Part shown: positions 1-9,434 of the stretch, piece after piece
Layout: each line of letters starts with the position of its first letter
Position numbering within the stretch: the first letter of the stretch is position 1
Assembly (NCBI GenBank): GCA_964396355.1
Contig: CAYNFB010000011.1
Coordinates: 1 to 29,540, forward strand
Direction of reading: 5' to 3'
Source of the DNA: an uncultured Leptospirales bacterium
GTDB taxonomy: Bacteria; Spirochaetota; UBA4802; UBA5550
Length of the DNA stretch: 29,540 bases
Notes under the pieces: generated by a model
Told to the model about the DNA's origin: nothing
The model's database searches: none
Seen by the model: the letters and a program-made list of their open reading frames with translations, nothing else
Program-made: the position numbers and the translations under genes

Positions 1-28
1 CTATGTGATATAGACAATGCAGTCACCT

Positions 29-74
29 CTATACTTAATATATACATTACTGTTAAGGTATATATTAAGTATAG
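29..74. repeat. Perfect 17-bp inverted repeat with 12-nt spacer
   Basis: CTATACTTAATATATAC (29-45) is the exact reverse complement of GTATATATTAAGTATAG (58-74). Confidence 0.9.
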
Positions 75-99
75 TCAAGAAGAAAAGTTCAAGGGGGTG

Positions 100-366
100 C
101 TATTCTGAACCGGATGCCCTGAATTTAGCGGGAGTGGTGCCTGTGAGTTTCTGGAACCAGTCGTAAAATGCAGATGTGGAATTAAATCCCACAGCGTATG
201 ATATGGAGGTGATGTTTCTGTCCGGCTCCTCGAGAAGAGCCTGTCTGGCTGCATTGATTCTGTAGATATTGATATATGTGTTGAAATTCTGGTTCATATT
301 CTGGTTCAGGACCTGGGAAAGCTGGTATGAGGCAATGCTGAGCTCGTCGGCGAGTTTCTGCAGTGT
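100..366 (-). pseudogene. Isolated AraC-family DNA-binding domain (N-terminally truncated remnant)
   Basis: The frame is open upstream of the ATG at 297 back to a TGA at 367-369. It reads TLQKLADELSIASYQLSQVLNQNMNQNFNTYINIYRINAA...SISYAVGFNSTSAFYDWFQKLTGTTPAKFR, which covers both AraC HTH motifs. No sensor domain or good start lies upstream. Confidence 0.75.
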
Positions 367-502
367 TCATTTCAGGTTAATTAAAAAATGACTATTCAAA
401 AAAACTGTCACTTTTTAAACTGTGAATGAAAAAAATGAAATTCAAAGAATTCAGTCTGAGTCATGAAGATAAATTCAGACTTTTCTTAATAGGTTCTCCC
501 CG

Positions 503-1294
503 ATGAAATACAAAATTTCCGCAATGGTTTTAGCCATTATCTTTTTTTCCTCTCCCATGGTTTACCCGGAATTTGTTTTTCTCAATGACGGCACCTTTGT
601 CGAAGGAAAAGTCATTGAAAAGAACAGCAGGTATATGATTGTCCGGGACAAAAAAAACAGGGAATGGAAACTGAAGCAGAAGGATGTGAGCATGATTCTC
701 AAATCTGATAAGCTTCGGAAACACCGAAATCAGAGAGTTGACCGGTCTTCCGGCAGTACGCAGGATCCATCTTCTGATAGATTTATCACTGAAATCAGCT
801 TCTGTGCATTTATCCCTTCGGGAAGGTTTGCTGAAATATCTGAATCCGGATATGGTGCGGCTGTCGACTTTACCGCTGAAAATCTTGTTTTTGGTATATT
901 CGATGCAGGCATAAGCGGCGGCCTGTTCTTTTCCGGGGGCAGGGATCTTACGGAATCAAAAAGTCAGGACTATGACAGCTTTATGTTTGCTCCCCTTATG
1001 CTTTCTCTTCTCTACAGTGCAGATCTTACCGGAAATTTTTCGTTAATACCTGCATTGTCTTTAGGAGGCGCCTGGTATGATGTAAAGTATACCGATCACA
1101 CCAGCGGGCCTCTTGACAGCTCAGACAGACATGAAAAATTTTTCGGGCCCGCAGCAAAGGCTGGCCTTCTCTGCAGGTACAGAATTTCCGGTAATGTAAG
1201 CCTCACCGGCGGATGCGGGTACACTGCAGTTAAAGAAGAGAGCGGTATGATCGGCTGCGTTGTTCTGAGCGCAGGCGCAGGACTGATTTTCTGA
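503..1294 (+). CDS. Secreted protein: small N-terminal domain (resembles Leptospira LA_0442/LA_0875-type) plus probable outer-membrane beta-barrel
   Basis: Signal peptide; motif FLNDGTFVEGKVI; amphipathic Gly/aromatic strands in the C-terminal half; ends in Phe (AGAGLIF). Confidence 0.65.
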   Translation: MKYKISAMVLAIIFFSSPMVYPEFVFLNDGTFVEGKVIEKNSRYMIVRDKKNREWKLKQKDVSMILKSDKLRKHRNQRVDRSSGSTQDPSSDRFITEISFCAFIPSGRFAEISESGYGAAVDFTAENLVFGIFDAGISGGLFFSGGRDLTESKSQDYDSFMFAPLMLSLLYSADLTGNFSLIPALSLGGAWYDVKYTDHTSGPLDSSDRHEKFFGPAAKAGLLCRYRISGNVSLTGGCGYTAVKEESGMIGCVVLSAGAGLIF

Positions 1295-1303
1295 GGTTTG
1301 AAA

Positions 1304-1753
1304 ATGAAGAAAGGATTATTGATTATTATACTTTTATTGGCGGCGATGAGTTCATGCTACGACGGTCTCAACGGCATTTATGATGAGGGCCGGGTTTATT
1401 GTATCGGCGACACCGGTCCTGCAGGCGGTATTATCGCTTTGGTAAATGAAGATTATGAGAGTGACGGCTGGCTTTATCTGGAGGCCGCACCGGCAGATGA
1501 GGTGAATGCTGACTGGTCATCAGCTGAGGCTCTGTGCAGTTCTAAAAGCCTGGGCGGCTATGACGACTGGATGCTCCCATCATTGCATAATCTCATGTAC
1601 TCGAATATACCATCGAGCTTTCTTAATTCTGATTACTGGAGTTCTACAGAGGGTGATGCCGGCAATGCCTGGATGCTTAACTTCGGCTCCGGCATTTCGG
1701 GAGAGAGCGGTAAAACCAGCGGCAGGGAAGTGCGGGCAGTAAGGAAATTTTAA
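1304..1753 (+). CDS. Lipoprotein with DUF1566 (Lcl C-terminal) domain
   Basis: Lipobox-like AMSS-C; motifs GDTGPAGG, GGYDDWMLPS, YWSSTE, VRAVRKF. ATG 1304 is preferred because GAGG lies 7 nt upstream (the track uses TTG 1298). Confidence 0.8.
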   Translation: MKKGLLIIILLLAAMSSCYDGLNGIYDEGRVYCIGDTGPAGGIIALVNEDYESDGWLYLEAAPADEVNADWSSAEALCSSKSLGGYDDWMLPSLHNLMYSNIPSSFLNSDYWSSTEGDAGNAWMLNFGSGISGESGKTSGREVRAVRKF

Positions 1754-1812
1754 AAAAAGGGGACGTTTCTTTATATGAACTTTAAATCAGCATATGGCAG
1801 GCCGGGAAAGAT

Positions 1813-2313
1813 ATGAATCAGAACAGCGGCCTCAAACTCTACGAAAAATTTCTGATCCAGGTCGACGCCTTTGAACAGAAAGTCCTGACCCGCTACGGAG
1901 AACATATAGCGTGCAGAAAGGGCTGTTCCCGGTGCTGCATACTCCAGTCTGTTTTTCCCGTTGAAGCCTATATAATAAGTGAATATTTGAAATCTGCCGA
2001 AAGAAGTGAATTGTCTAATTCTGCAGGAGGGGAAAGCTGTCCCTTCCTGGATGATGATGTCTGCACCGTTTATCCGGTGCGGCCTGTAATATGCAGAACT
2101 CACGGCTATCCTATACTCACTGAGGGGGGAGTCGATTTCTGTCCGGATAATTTTTCTGATCTTGATTCAATAGATTCGGAGTATATTCTCAGCCTGGATA
2201 ATCTCAACAAATCACTTGCAGGTATAAATATGTTATTTTTGAAAGAATGCAGCGATACATTCTTTCAAAAAGAGAGAGTACTTCTCTCTGAAATTCCAGG
2301 GCGAGTGACCTGA
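1813..2313 (+). CDS. YkgJ-family cysteine cluster (Zn/Fe-chelating) protein
   Basis: CRKGCSRCC ... CPFL...CTVYPVRPVICR pattern. Confidence 0.85.
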   Translation: MNQNSGLKLYEKFLIQVDAFEQKVLTRYGEHIACRKGCSRCCILQSVFPVEAYIISEYLKSAERSELSNSAGGESCPFLDDDVCTVYPVRPVICRTHGYPILTEGGVDFCPDNFSDLDSIDSEYILSLDNLNKSLAGINMLFLKECSDTFFQKERVLLSEIPGRVT

Positions 2314-2321
2314 TTATATAA

Positions 2322-3002
2322 TCAGTAGAGGGTTATAAAATTTCTTATGACTCCGGCAGTTTTTTCACCCTGGTCGGGATCGATTTTCTTCATCAGCATA
2401 TAACTGGTAAGCTTTTCGTCCTTCTTTTTTAGAAATGAGAATACTGCATCCGCCTCATCGGGGCCGTACTCGGGATGGAACTGTACTCCGAAAACCGGAA
2501 GATCCTTATATTGAAATGCCTGTGTGGTGCATCTTCCCGATGTGGCGATTGTGTTGAAATCCTCAGAAAGTTCTGTTACGCAGTCGTAGTGTGAGACCAT
2601 GAATGTGTCAGTCTCCAGATTTGAAAACAGCGGGATGTCTTCAGTTTTAATCCAGGCCCATCCGAATTCCGGAACTATTGCTCTTGAAACACAGTCTGCA
2701 CCGTTTAATGTACGTGCAAGAATCTGGTGGCCGAAACATATTCCAAGAACCGGCTTCCCTGCTTTTATAGAATTTTCTATTGCATTACCAATTTTATCCA
2801 TCCATGGATAGTCGTCATTAACGGATATATCCGATCCTGATATTATAATGTGAGATGCATCTTCTATCTCAATTTCACTTACAGAATCCGCCATCCTTAT
2901 TGACCGGGTTTTTCCTCCGTCACGGGGAATTATGGACTGCATTCTTCTGTTAAAGGCTTCTGCCAGTCCGTTGTCGATGAAACAGTTTAATATTAGTATC
3001 AT
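2322..3002 (-). CDS. Class I glutamine amidotransferase (GMP-synthase-like, stand-alone)
   Basis: GICFGHQ nucleophile elbow and QFHPE His-Glu. Start is uncertain: ATG 3002 (MILILNC) or 3050. Confidence 0.85.
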   Translation of the reverse strand: MILILNCFIDNGLAEAFNRRMQSIIPRDGGKTRSIRMADSVSEIEIEDASHIIISGSDISVNDDYPWMDKIGNAIENSIKAGKPVLGICFGHQILARTLNGADCVSRAIVPEFGWAWIKTEDIPLFSNLETDTFMVSHYDCVTELSEDFNTIATSGRCTTQAFQYKDLPVFGVQFHPEYGPDEADAVFSFLKKKDEKLTSYMLMKKIDPDQGEKTAGVIRNFITLY

Positions 3003-3120
3003 GTGCGTGCCTGCCTGTTTTTTAAGTCTGTCGCCATTATGGATTACCATACCTGCAGGTCAAGAGGATATGAACATTTTATTTATAATGATTTTGTTTT
3101 TACATAGCTGTATTATTGTT

Positions 3121-4056
3121 TTAAAATCTATGCCTGGCAATTATTTCTTCAGTTTTTATGGTGCTGTCCTTCTTCCTGTCGATCTGGCTGAGATAGACTC
3201 CCAATATTACAAAGGCTGATGCGGCGTACTGTATGTGGTTCATCTTCTCATTAAGAAGGAGCCAGCCCCAGAATACTGCAAATACCGGAAGCAGGTTGGT
3301 GAATGCAGCTCCCTTGCTTACGGCGATTTTGCTGATTCCGTAGTTAAACAGTCCGTAGGCGCCCAGAGAGATAAATATTCCCATATATAAAATGGTAAGA
3401 ACAGGAAGTAACTCAAAGGTTTGAGGCATGCCGAATCCCGGATGATCGATGAACAGTCCGGGTAAGAAAAAGAGTGTACCGGTGAAAGACTGAACAGCTG
3501 TGAGGAAGAATGGGTTGTATCTTTCACTGAGCTTTTTTAATACTATGGTATAGCCGGTTGCAAATATCATTGCAATGAATTCAAGAGAGTTTCCAAATAC
3601 AGGATTGGGTGCTGATTCCGATACATCGCTGTAAAGACTCAGAACCGAGGCTCCTGCCGCTGCGATGAGGAAGCCTGCAACAGTTTTGTATGAAACTCTT
3701 TCACCAAGCATGAAAAATGCAGTAAGCCCCACGAGCAGAGGGAGCATTGATGTTATCATGCCGGCCTGTGACGATGTTGTATAGTTCAGAGCCCAGGCTT
3801 CAAACACGAAGTAGAGGCAGGGCTCGAAGAGTGCCATGAGAATGAGATATTTAATATCCTCTTTGCGGAAGACATTTTTCGGATTTAATTTTTTTATGAA
3901 GAAAAGAAAGACTATCGATGCTACAAAGAGCCTCCCGAAAATTACGAATACCGGGGGATATACTTCAAAAGTTGATTTCAGGGCTACAAAAGATGTGGAC
4001 CAGAGAATCATTGCTCCAAGGAGAGCCGCGGTTGCCTTGTAGGACTGTGTGTTCAT
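3121..4056 (-). CDS. DMT/EamA-family transporter
   Basis: About 10 hydrophobic segments; LWSTSFV, ALNYTTSSQAG, LGERV, LLNEK motifs. Confidence 0.9.
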   Translation of the reverse strand: MNTQSYKATAALLGAMILWSTSFVALKSTFEVYPPVFVIFGRLFVASIVFLFFIKKLNPKNVFRKEDIKYLILMALFEPCLYFVFEAWALNYTTSSQAGMITSMLPLLVGLTAFFMLGERVSYKTVAGFLIAAAGASVLSLYSDVSESAPNPVFGNSLEFIAMIFATGYTIVLKKLSERYNPFFLTAVQSFTGTLFFLPGLFIDHPGFGMPQTFELLPVLTILYMGIFISLGAYGLFNYGISKIAVSKGAAFTNLLPVFAVFWGWLLLNEKMNHIQYAASAFVILGVYLSQIDRKKDSTIKTEEIIARHRF

Positions 4057-4304
4057 TTTATTCCTGCCTTATGCTTCCTGATTATTTTTACCCGGTTCTG
4101 TTGGCAAGGTCTTTTTTTACAGTCCGGGATTTTATGATAATAGGGGTTTCTTTCATAAAAATTGAATAGTTTAGAGTTTCTGTGTATATTGTTGATGAGT
4201 GATGCATTCCCTGTCTCTAAATGGGATTAAAAAAATATTGACATTTTAATTTTCGAAAGGATCATATCTGAATATTTAATAAAGTCTGCTGACAGGAGTA
4301 TGCA

Positions 4305-5267
4305 ATGATAAGCTATAAGGATCTTGGACTCGTTAATACACGTGAATTGTTTAAGAAGGCAGTAAGCGGAGGCTACGCCATTCCTGCCTATAATTTTAAT
4401 AATATGGAGCAGCTTCAGGCAATAGTTCAGGCCTGTGTTGAGACTAAATCTCCTGTAATTCTTCAGGTATCCGCAGGGGCCCGTAAGTATGCAAATCAGA
4501 CTCTGCTGAGATACATGGCAGAAGGTGCTGTCCAGTATGCCGGAGAGCTGGGATATGATATTCCCATTGTGCTGCATCTTGACCACGGTGATTCTTTCGA
4601 GCTCTGCAAAGAGTGTATTGAAATGGGATTCTCATCTGTAATGATAGATGGTTCGCATCATACCTATGAGAAGAATATTGAAGAGACGAAAAAGGTCGTT
4701 GAATATGCTCATAAATACGATGTGACAGTGGAAGGCGAACTTGGAGTTCTTGCGGGAGTGGAGGATGATGTGAAGGCCGAAGAACACGTGTTCACTCAGC
4801 CTGAAGAGGTGGAGGATTTCGTAAACCGGACAGGAGTTGACAGCCTGGCAATTGCAATTGGAACCTCTCATGGAGCCTATAAGTTCAAACCCGGCACTGA
4901 CCCTAAGATACGTCTGGATATCCTCGCTGAAATAGAGAAGCGTATCCCCGGATTCCCGATTGTTCTTCACGGATCTTCATCTGTGCCCAGGGAACTGGTT
5001 GAGATAATAAATTCAAACGGCGGAAAGCTTGATGATGCAATAGGAATACCTGAGGAGCAGCTCAGGCTTGCCTCAAAATCTGCTGTATGCAAGATCAACA
5101 TCGACTCCGACGGCAGACTGGCAATGACTGCGGCAGTGAGAAAGGTTCTCAATGAAAAACCCGGAGAATTTGATCCGAGGAAATATCTCGGGCCTGCAAG
5201 GGATTCTCTGAAGGAGCTGTATATGCATAAGAACAATGATGTTGTCGGGTCATCGGGCAAAGCCTAA
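4305..5267 (+). CDS. fba: Class II fructose-1,6-bisphosphate aldolase
   Basis: AYNFNNMEQ, LHLDHG, SVMIDGS, VEGELG, AIGTSHGAYK, VLHGSS, KINIDSD; AGGAG RBS at 4294-4298. Confidence 0.97.
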   Translation: MISYKDLGLVNTRELFKKAVSGGYAIPAYNFNNMEQLQAIVQACVETKSPVILQVSAGARKYANQTLLRYMAEGAVQYAGELGYDIPIVLHLDHGDSFELCKECIEMGFSSVMIDGSHHTYEKNIEETKKVVEYAHKYDVTVEGELGVLAGVEDDVKAEEHVFTQPEEVEDFVNRTGVDSLAIAIGTSHGAYKFKPGTDPKIRLDILAEIEKRIPGFPIVLHGSSSVPRELVEIINSNGGKLDDAIGIPEEQLRLASKSAVCKINIDSDGRLAMTAAVRKVLNEKPGEFDPRKYLGPARDSLKELYMHKNNDVVGSSGKA

Positions 5268-5288
5268 TTTTCTGCAGGAGGAGATGTG

Positions 5289-5732
5289 ATGAAGAAAATA
5301 ATTCTGGCAGCACTGATCTTTATGGTATCTGCTGCAAACATTACGGGCAGCCCGCTTAAGCTTGAGGCCATTGGTTCTTCCAATGCATCTAATTTATATC
5401 TGTGTTATCTGTCAATAGGAGTCATTGCTGACTCCTATGTAAAACAGGTATATGATAATAAGAAGTCGATGACCTTTGTTAATTCAATTACAGCTCAGGC
5501 CAAAGTGCAGAAGGATTATCTGCAGAAACTCCTCGATGCTAAAGATATACCCGATAATGATCTTGCAGTCGTGGAGAAAATGATTGACTGTTATGGTCTC
5601 CTCATCGATGAAGGGAATTACTTTGTTGACTATATGAAGACAGGGAATAAGAATTCCCTCAGCAGCTATGACGGCAAAAGAAAGCAGGCATGGGCGCTGA
5701 TTGGTGAAATAATGGGGTTCCCCCAAAAATGA
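5289..5732 (+). CDS. Secreted hypothetical protein (predicted helical)
   Basis: AGGAGG RBS, signal peptide MKKIILAALIFMVSAA, same strand and closely spaced after fba. Confidence 0.75.
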   Translation: MKKIILAALIFMVSAANITGSPLKLEAIGSSNASNLYLCYLSIGVIADSYVKQVYDNKKSMTFVNSITAQAKVQKDYLQKLLDAKDIPDNDLAVVEKMIDCYGLLIDEGNYFVDYMKTGNKNSLSSYDGKRKQAWALIGEIMGFPQK

Positions 5733-5747
5733 GGAATTATCAGGACA

Positions 5748-6407
5748 ATGTTTGATATCAGAGAATATTATAATTTCGGAGGAGGAAGTTTCCAGAGCAT
5801 GGATCATGAAATTCTGGAGATTGATGACAACGTAGTTTCGGATATTGAACATCTTCTCGTCAGGAAGGTAGGCAGCCTTTACCTCAGTGACAGATATAAG
5901 ACCAGAGAGAGCATGATTGAAATAATCTATCCTTCTCTGGGATACGGCGGAACAAGGAATTTGATGCTCTCTCCCGACAGGATCAGATTTTTCCTTTCTT
6001 TTTATCCCTATAAAAATGATCTGAAGAGAATAAACAAAATTGTCATCAGGCCCCGATATGTCGAGGCAGGAAATGTCGAATTGTCGGCGCTCTATATTAA
6101 AAAGAAGAGAGTTCTGGTTATCTATTTATCTCATCCTTTTTCCAGTGAGATGAGCAGCAGTGATGACGGAAGATTCGTTTCGGTGAGTCTTGAAAATCTC
6201 ATGGATGATAAAATAATTGAGCATTCTATTGACAGAAGCGGAGGCAAAATAAACAGAATGCCCTCACTGTGGAATATAATCTCCGTGATAGATCCCGACG
6301 GGGAAGGGGAGATGGACAAGTTTCTTGTAAAACGTGCAGAAATGGATCAAAAGATATATGCTTCACTCAATGATATCTCCTACTTCTATTACAGACACGG
6401 TTATTGA
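5748..6407 (+). CDS. Hypothetical protein
   Basis: 219 aa ORF with AGGA RBS, tightly packed between neighbours; no family recognised. Confidence 0.7.
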   Translation: MFDIREYYNFGGGSFQSMDHEILEIDDNVVSDIEHLLVRKVGSLYLSDRYKTRESMIEIIYPSLGYGGTRNLMLSPDRIRFFLSFYPYKNDLKRINKIVIRPRYVEAGNVELSALYIKKKRVLVIYLSHPFSSEMSSSDDGRFVSVSLENLMDDKIIEHSIDRSGGKINRMPSLWNIISVIDPDGEGEMDKFLVKRAEMDQKIYASLNDISYFYYRHGY

Positions 6408-6410
6408 TAT

Positions 6411-7199
6411 ATGGTAAACTACCATAATCATACTGCTCTCTGCGGACATTCAAGGGGTGAGATGTCTGAATACGGAGAGAAGGCTATTGAGAAGGGAATT
6501 GGCGAGTTCGGGTTCTCCGACCATGCGGCCATGCCCGATGATATCAGACAGGGTGTCTCTATGGGCTCCTCGGAAATGGAAGGATATGTGGAGAGCGTCA
6601 TGAAGTGCAGGGAAGACTTCGCCGGCCGAATTGATATAAAGGTCGGATTTGAAGTGGACTTTCCTCCATTTAATACATTCGATATTGCCTATTTCACCGA
6701 TCCGCGAATTGATTTTATAATCGGTTCCTGTCACTTTCTTGGCGACTGGCCCTTTGATCATCCCGATTATATTGAGCGATTTGATGAGAAGGACATAAAC
6801 GAGATATACAGGGACTACTACAGTCTGATAGAAATTATGGTGGAATCGCGAAATTATGATATTATCGGCCACTTCGATCTTCTCAAGAAGTTCGGTCACT
6901 ATCCCACTGACAATATGGACAAGGTGATTATCAGAATCTGTAAAAAGATGGCTGCATTTGGAATTGTCGCAGAGATTAATACTGCCGGGCTTCAGAAACC
7001 CGTTGGTGAAATCTACCCGGGAGATCACATTATCGATCTGTTCTTTCAGGAAAATGTTCCCGTCACTCTGGGGTCGGACTCTCATTCTCCCGACGATGTG
7101 GGCTACGGTTATTCTACGGCTATTGCAAAGCTGAAAAGTGCCGGTTACAGAAAAGTTTCAGGCTTCGAAAAGAGAGTGAGACACGAAGTATTTCTCTAG
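6411..7199 (+). CDS. hisK: PHP-family histidinol-phosphatase (HisJ/HisK type)
   Basis: NYHNHT..CGH, FSDHA, GFEVD, GSCH, GHFDL, EINTAG, GSDSH metal-binding motifs. Confidence 0.85.
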   Translation: MVNYHNHTALCGHSRGEMSEYGEKAIEKGIGEFGFSDHAAMPDDIRQGVSMGSSEMEGYVESVMKCREDFAGRIDIKVGFEVDFPPFNTFDIAYFTDPRIDFIIGSCHFLGDWPFDHPDYIERFDEKDINEIYRDYYSLIEIMVESRNYDIIGHFDLLKKFGHYPTDNMDKVIIRICKKMAAFGIVAEINTAGLQKPVGEIYPGDHIIDLFFQENVPVTLGSDSHSPDDVGYGYSTAIAKLKSAGYRKVSGFEKRVRHEVFL

Positions 7200-7258
7200 T
7201 CGCTGCTCCCCCCTCTGCTTTTTATTTTAATCCCATATAAAAAAATAGAAACTTTTGC

Positions 7259-7264
7259 TTGACA
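7259..7264 (+). promoter_or_regulatory. Sigma70-type -35 hexamer upstream of rrf2
   Basis: Exact TTGACA; no clean -10 at 17 bp spacing. Confidence 0.45.
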
Positions 7265-7284
7265 GAAACTTCACATTTTAATTA

Positions 7285-7299
7285 CTACTAAATTAGTAG
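7285..7299. promoter_or_regulatory. IscR type-1-like palindromic operator
   Basis: CTACTA-AAT-TAGTAG, which contains the ACTRWWWYAGT core of IscR type-1 sites, 21 nt before the rrf2 start. Confidence 0.65.
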
Positions 7300-7320
7300 A
7301 GTATAAAATGGAGTTATAAA

Positions 7321-7746
7321 ATGAGGCTTTCAACCAGATCAAGATACGGCATGCGTCTTATGGTCGTCCTTGCTTCGAAAGAGGGAGGAGGGCCGGTATT
7401 CCTGAAGGAAATTGCAGGTTCTGAAGGGATCTCGGAAAAGTATCTCGGTCAGATAATTATTCCGCTCAAGGCCAGGGGGTTGCTTCTTGCATTTCGCGGC
7501 GCCAGAGGCGGTTATACACTGAGCAGGTCTGCAGATTTGATCACTCTTCGTGAAATAGTCGAGACTCTCGAGGGAGATCTGAAACTCGTTAACTGTGCAG
7601 ATGAGCCCTCCTCGTGTACAAGAAATGAGTTCTGCAGTGCAAGAGGAATATGGAATGATATGAGCACTGTTCTTACTGATTTTCTTGAAAGTCATACTCT
7701 TGCTGATCTTCTGGGTGATAAAGAATGCAGCAGGAAGAGAGCCTGA
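7321..7746 (+). CDS. Rrf2-family transcriptional regulator (IscR-like, three Cys)
   Basis: STRSRYG, ISEKYLGQI, RGARGGYTL; C-x6-C-x5-C (NCADEPSSCTRNEFC). Confidence 0.9.
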   Translation: MRLSTRSRYGMRLMVVLASKEGGGPVFLKEIAGSEGISEKYLGQIIIPLKARGLLLAFRGARGGYTLSRSADLITLREIVETLEGDLKLVNCADEPSSCTRNEFCSARGIWNDMSTVLTDFLESHTLADLLGDKECSRKRA

Positions 7747-7763
7747 ATAAGGGGAATTTATTT

Positions 7764-8504
7764 ATGAAGAATTTTGTTAAAAGTGAAGAAAAAGATTTTA
7801 TTGTCGGGACCGGCCTTTCCGGATTTACTCTCGGGGTTACAGGAAGAGAGATAAACCATACTGATTATGCTCTGCCGGGGAAAGAGGTCAGAGCCTCAGA
7901 CAAGGCTTTGATTTCCCGTGTGACGGGACTGGAAAGTAAAAATATTGTCATGCTTGATCAGGTTCACGGAGACAGAATAATCGAAATGACTGATCTGCCG
8001 GACCGGGATCTTCCTTCAGCAGGAGAGGCAGACGGATTTATTACTAATACCAAAGGTCTGGCTCTTGTTATAAGGACCGCGGATTGTGTTCCGGTATTTA
8101 TATATGACAGCAGAAATCAGGTTGTCGGTGCGGTTCATTCCGGGTGGAAGGGAACTAATCTGAATATAACCGGCCGGTGCATAGAGTTGATGAAAAATAA
8201 GTACGGCTCTCAGGGAGAGGATCTTAAGATCTTCATACTTCCCTCAATCGGTCCGGATATGTATGAGGTGAATGAGGATGTGGCGCGTTTTTTCCCGGGT
8301 GAGAGAATAGACCGGGATGGAAAAATATTCGTAGATCTCTGGGCCAATATTGAAAAATCCTGCAGGGCCGAGGGGGTGCCTCAGGCGGGGATATACAATC
8401 CCCGTATATGCAGCAGAACCAGTCATGATGATTTCTTCTCTCACAGATTCGGTGATGCAGGGAGAAATTTAAACTATGCATTCATGGCTGACCATAAGAT
8501 TTAG
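7764..8504 (+). CDS. pgeF: YfiH/PgeF (laccase-domain, purine nucleoside phosphorylase) family protein
   Basis: QVHG, ADGFIT, TADCVPV, HSGWKG, PSIGP..YEV, FFSHR; RBS GGGG before ATG 7764. Confidence 0.9.
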   Translation: MKNFVKSEEKDFIVGTGLSGFTLGVTGREINHTDYALPGKEVRASDKALISRVTGLESKNIVMLDQVHGDRIIEMTDLPDRDLPSAGEADGFITNTKGLALVIRTADCVPVFIYDSRNQVVGAVHSGWKGTNLNITGRCIELMKNKYGSQGEDLKIFILPSIGPDMYEVNEDVARFFPGERIDRDGKIFVDLWANIEKSCRAEGVPQAGIYNPRICSRTSHDDFFSHRFGDAGRNLNYAFMADHKI

Positions 8505-8590
8505 AGGTTGCTTTTTTAAGAATATTAACTGATTATATTATATGTATCAGGCATTTTATAGAAGAAAAGAAAATATTGCGGGGTATTACA

Positions 8591-9424
8591 ATGTGGGAAT
8601 ATACAGATAAAGTAAAGGATTTATATACAGACCCGGTCAATGTGGGGAAGATGGAAGATGCAGACGGTGTGGGTCACGTGGGCAGCGTTGTCTGCGGTGA
8701 TGCACTGACTTTGTACATCAAGGTCAGGGACGGTGTAATAGTTGATTCAACCTTCGAAACATTCGGATGCGGAAGCGCAATCGCCTCATCATCTGCCCTT
8801 ACCGAAATGGTAAAGGGCAAAACTATTGAGGAGGCCGAGAAGATAACAAATCAGGATATAGTGGAGTATCTCGGCGGACTGCCCGAGCAGAAAATTCACT
8901 GTTCTGTAATGGGCTCCGAGGCTCTTGAAAACGCCATTGCAAACTACAGGGGAGAGGAGCCGGCAGTTGAGGATGAGCCGGAAGGTGAAATGATCTGTCA
9001 CTGCAAAAGTATTACCGATGTTGATCTGAAAAAGGCTATTAAAGATAAGGGTATTGTGAATATAGAGGACTTAATCGCAGAAACCGGTGCAGGAAGCGTC
9101 TGCGGAAGCTGTATACCCCGGATGGAGGACATCCTCGATGAGGAGAAGTGGAAGCCTCAGGAGCCTGCTGAGGAATTTGAAAGAGGCATGACAAACATCC
9201 AGAAGATCAGAAAAATTGAGGATCTCATAAACAGTAAGATAAGACCGGCCCTTAAGCGCGATGGAGGGGATGTGGAGCTTGTCGATGTAGTGGATGATCT
9301 GGTCGTGGTTAAACTTCATGGTGCATGTTCAACATGCGTATCGGCCAATGATACTCTTCAGCATTTCGTTCAGGAGGAACTGCGCGCGGCAGTTTCAGAC
9401 AAGATTATAGTGAAGCATATATAG
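8591..9424 (+). CDS. nifU: Three-domain Fe-S scaffold NifU (IscU + BFD [2Fe-2S] + Nfu)
   Basis: VCGDAL, TFGCGSAIAS, KIHCS; CHC...CGSC; GACSTC. ATG 8591 is preferred to TTG 8576. Confidence 0.93.
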   Translation: MWEYTDKVKDLYTDPVNVGKMEDADGVGHVGSVVCGDALTLYIKVRDGVIVDSTFETFGCGSAIASSSALTEMVKGKTIEEAEKITNQDIVEYLGGLPEQKIHCSVMGSEALENAIANYRGEEPAVEDEPEGEMICHCKSITDVDLKKAIKDKGIVNIEDLIAETGAGSVCGSCIPRMEDILDEEKWKPQEPAEEFERGMTNIQKIRKIEDLINSKIRPALKRDGGDVELVDVVDDLVVVKLHGACSTCVSANDTLQHFVQEELRAAVSDKIIVKHI

Positions 9425-9434
9425 GGGAAGTCTA

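Noticed and set aside
4300-4308. ATG-CAA-TGA minigene overlapping the fba start
   Set aside because: Its ATG is only 1 nt from the SD; the spacing fits the fba ATG at 4305.
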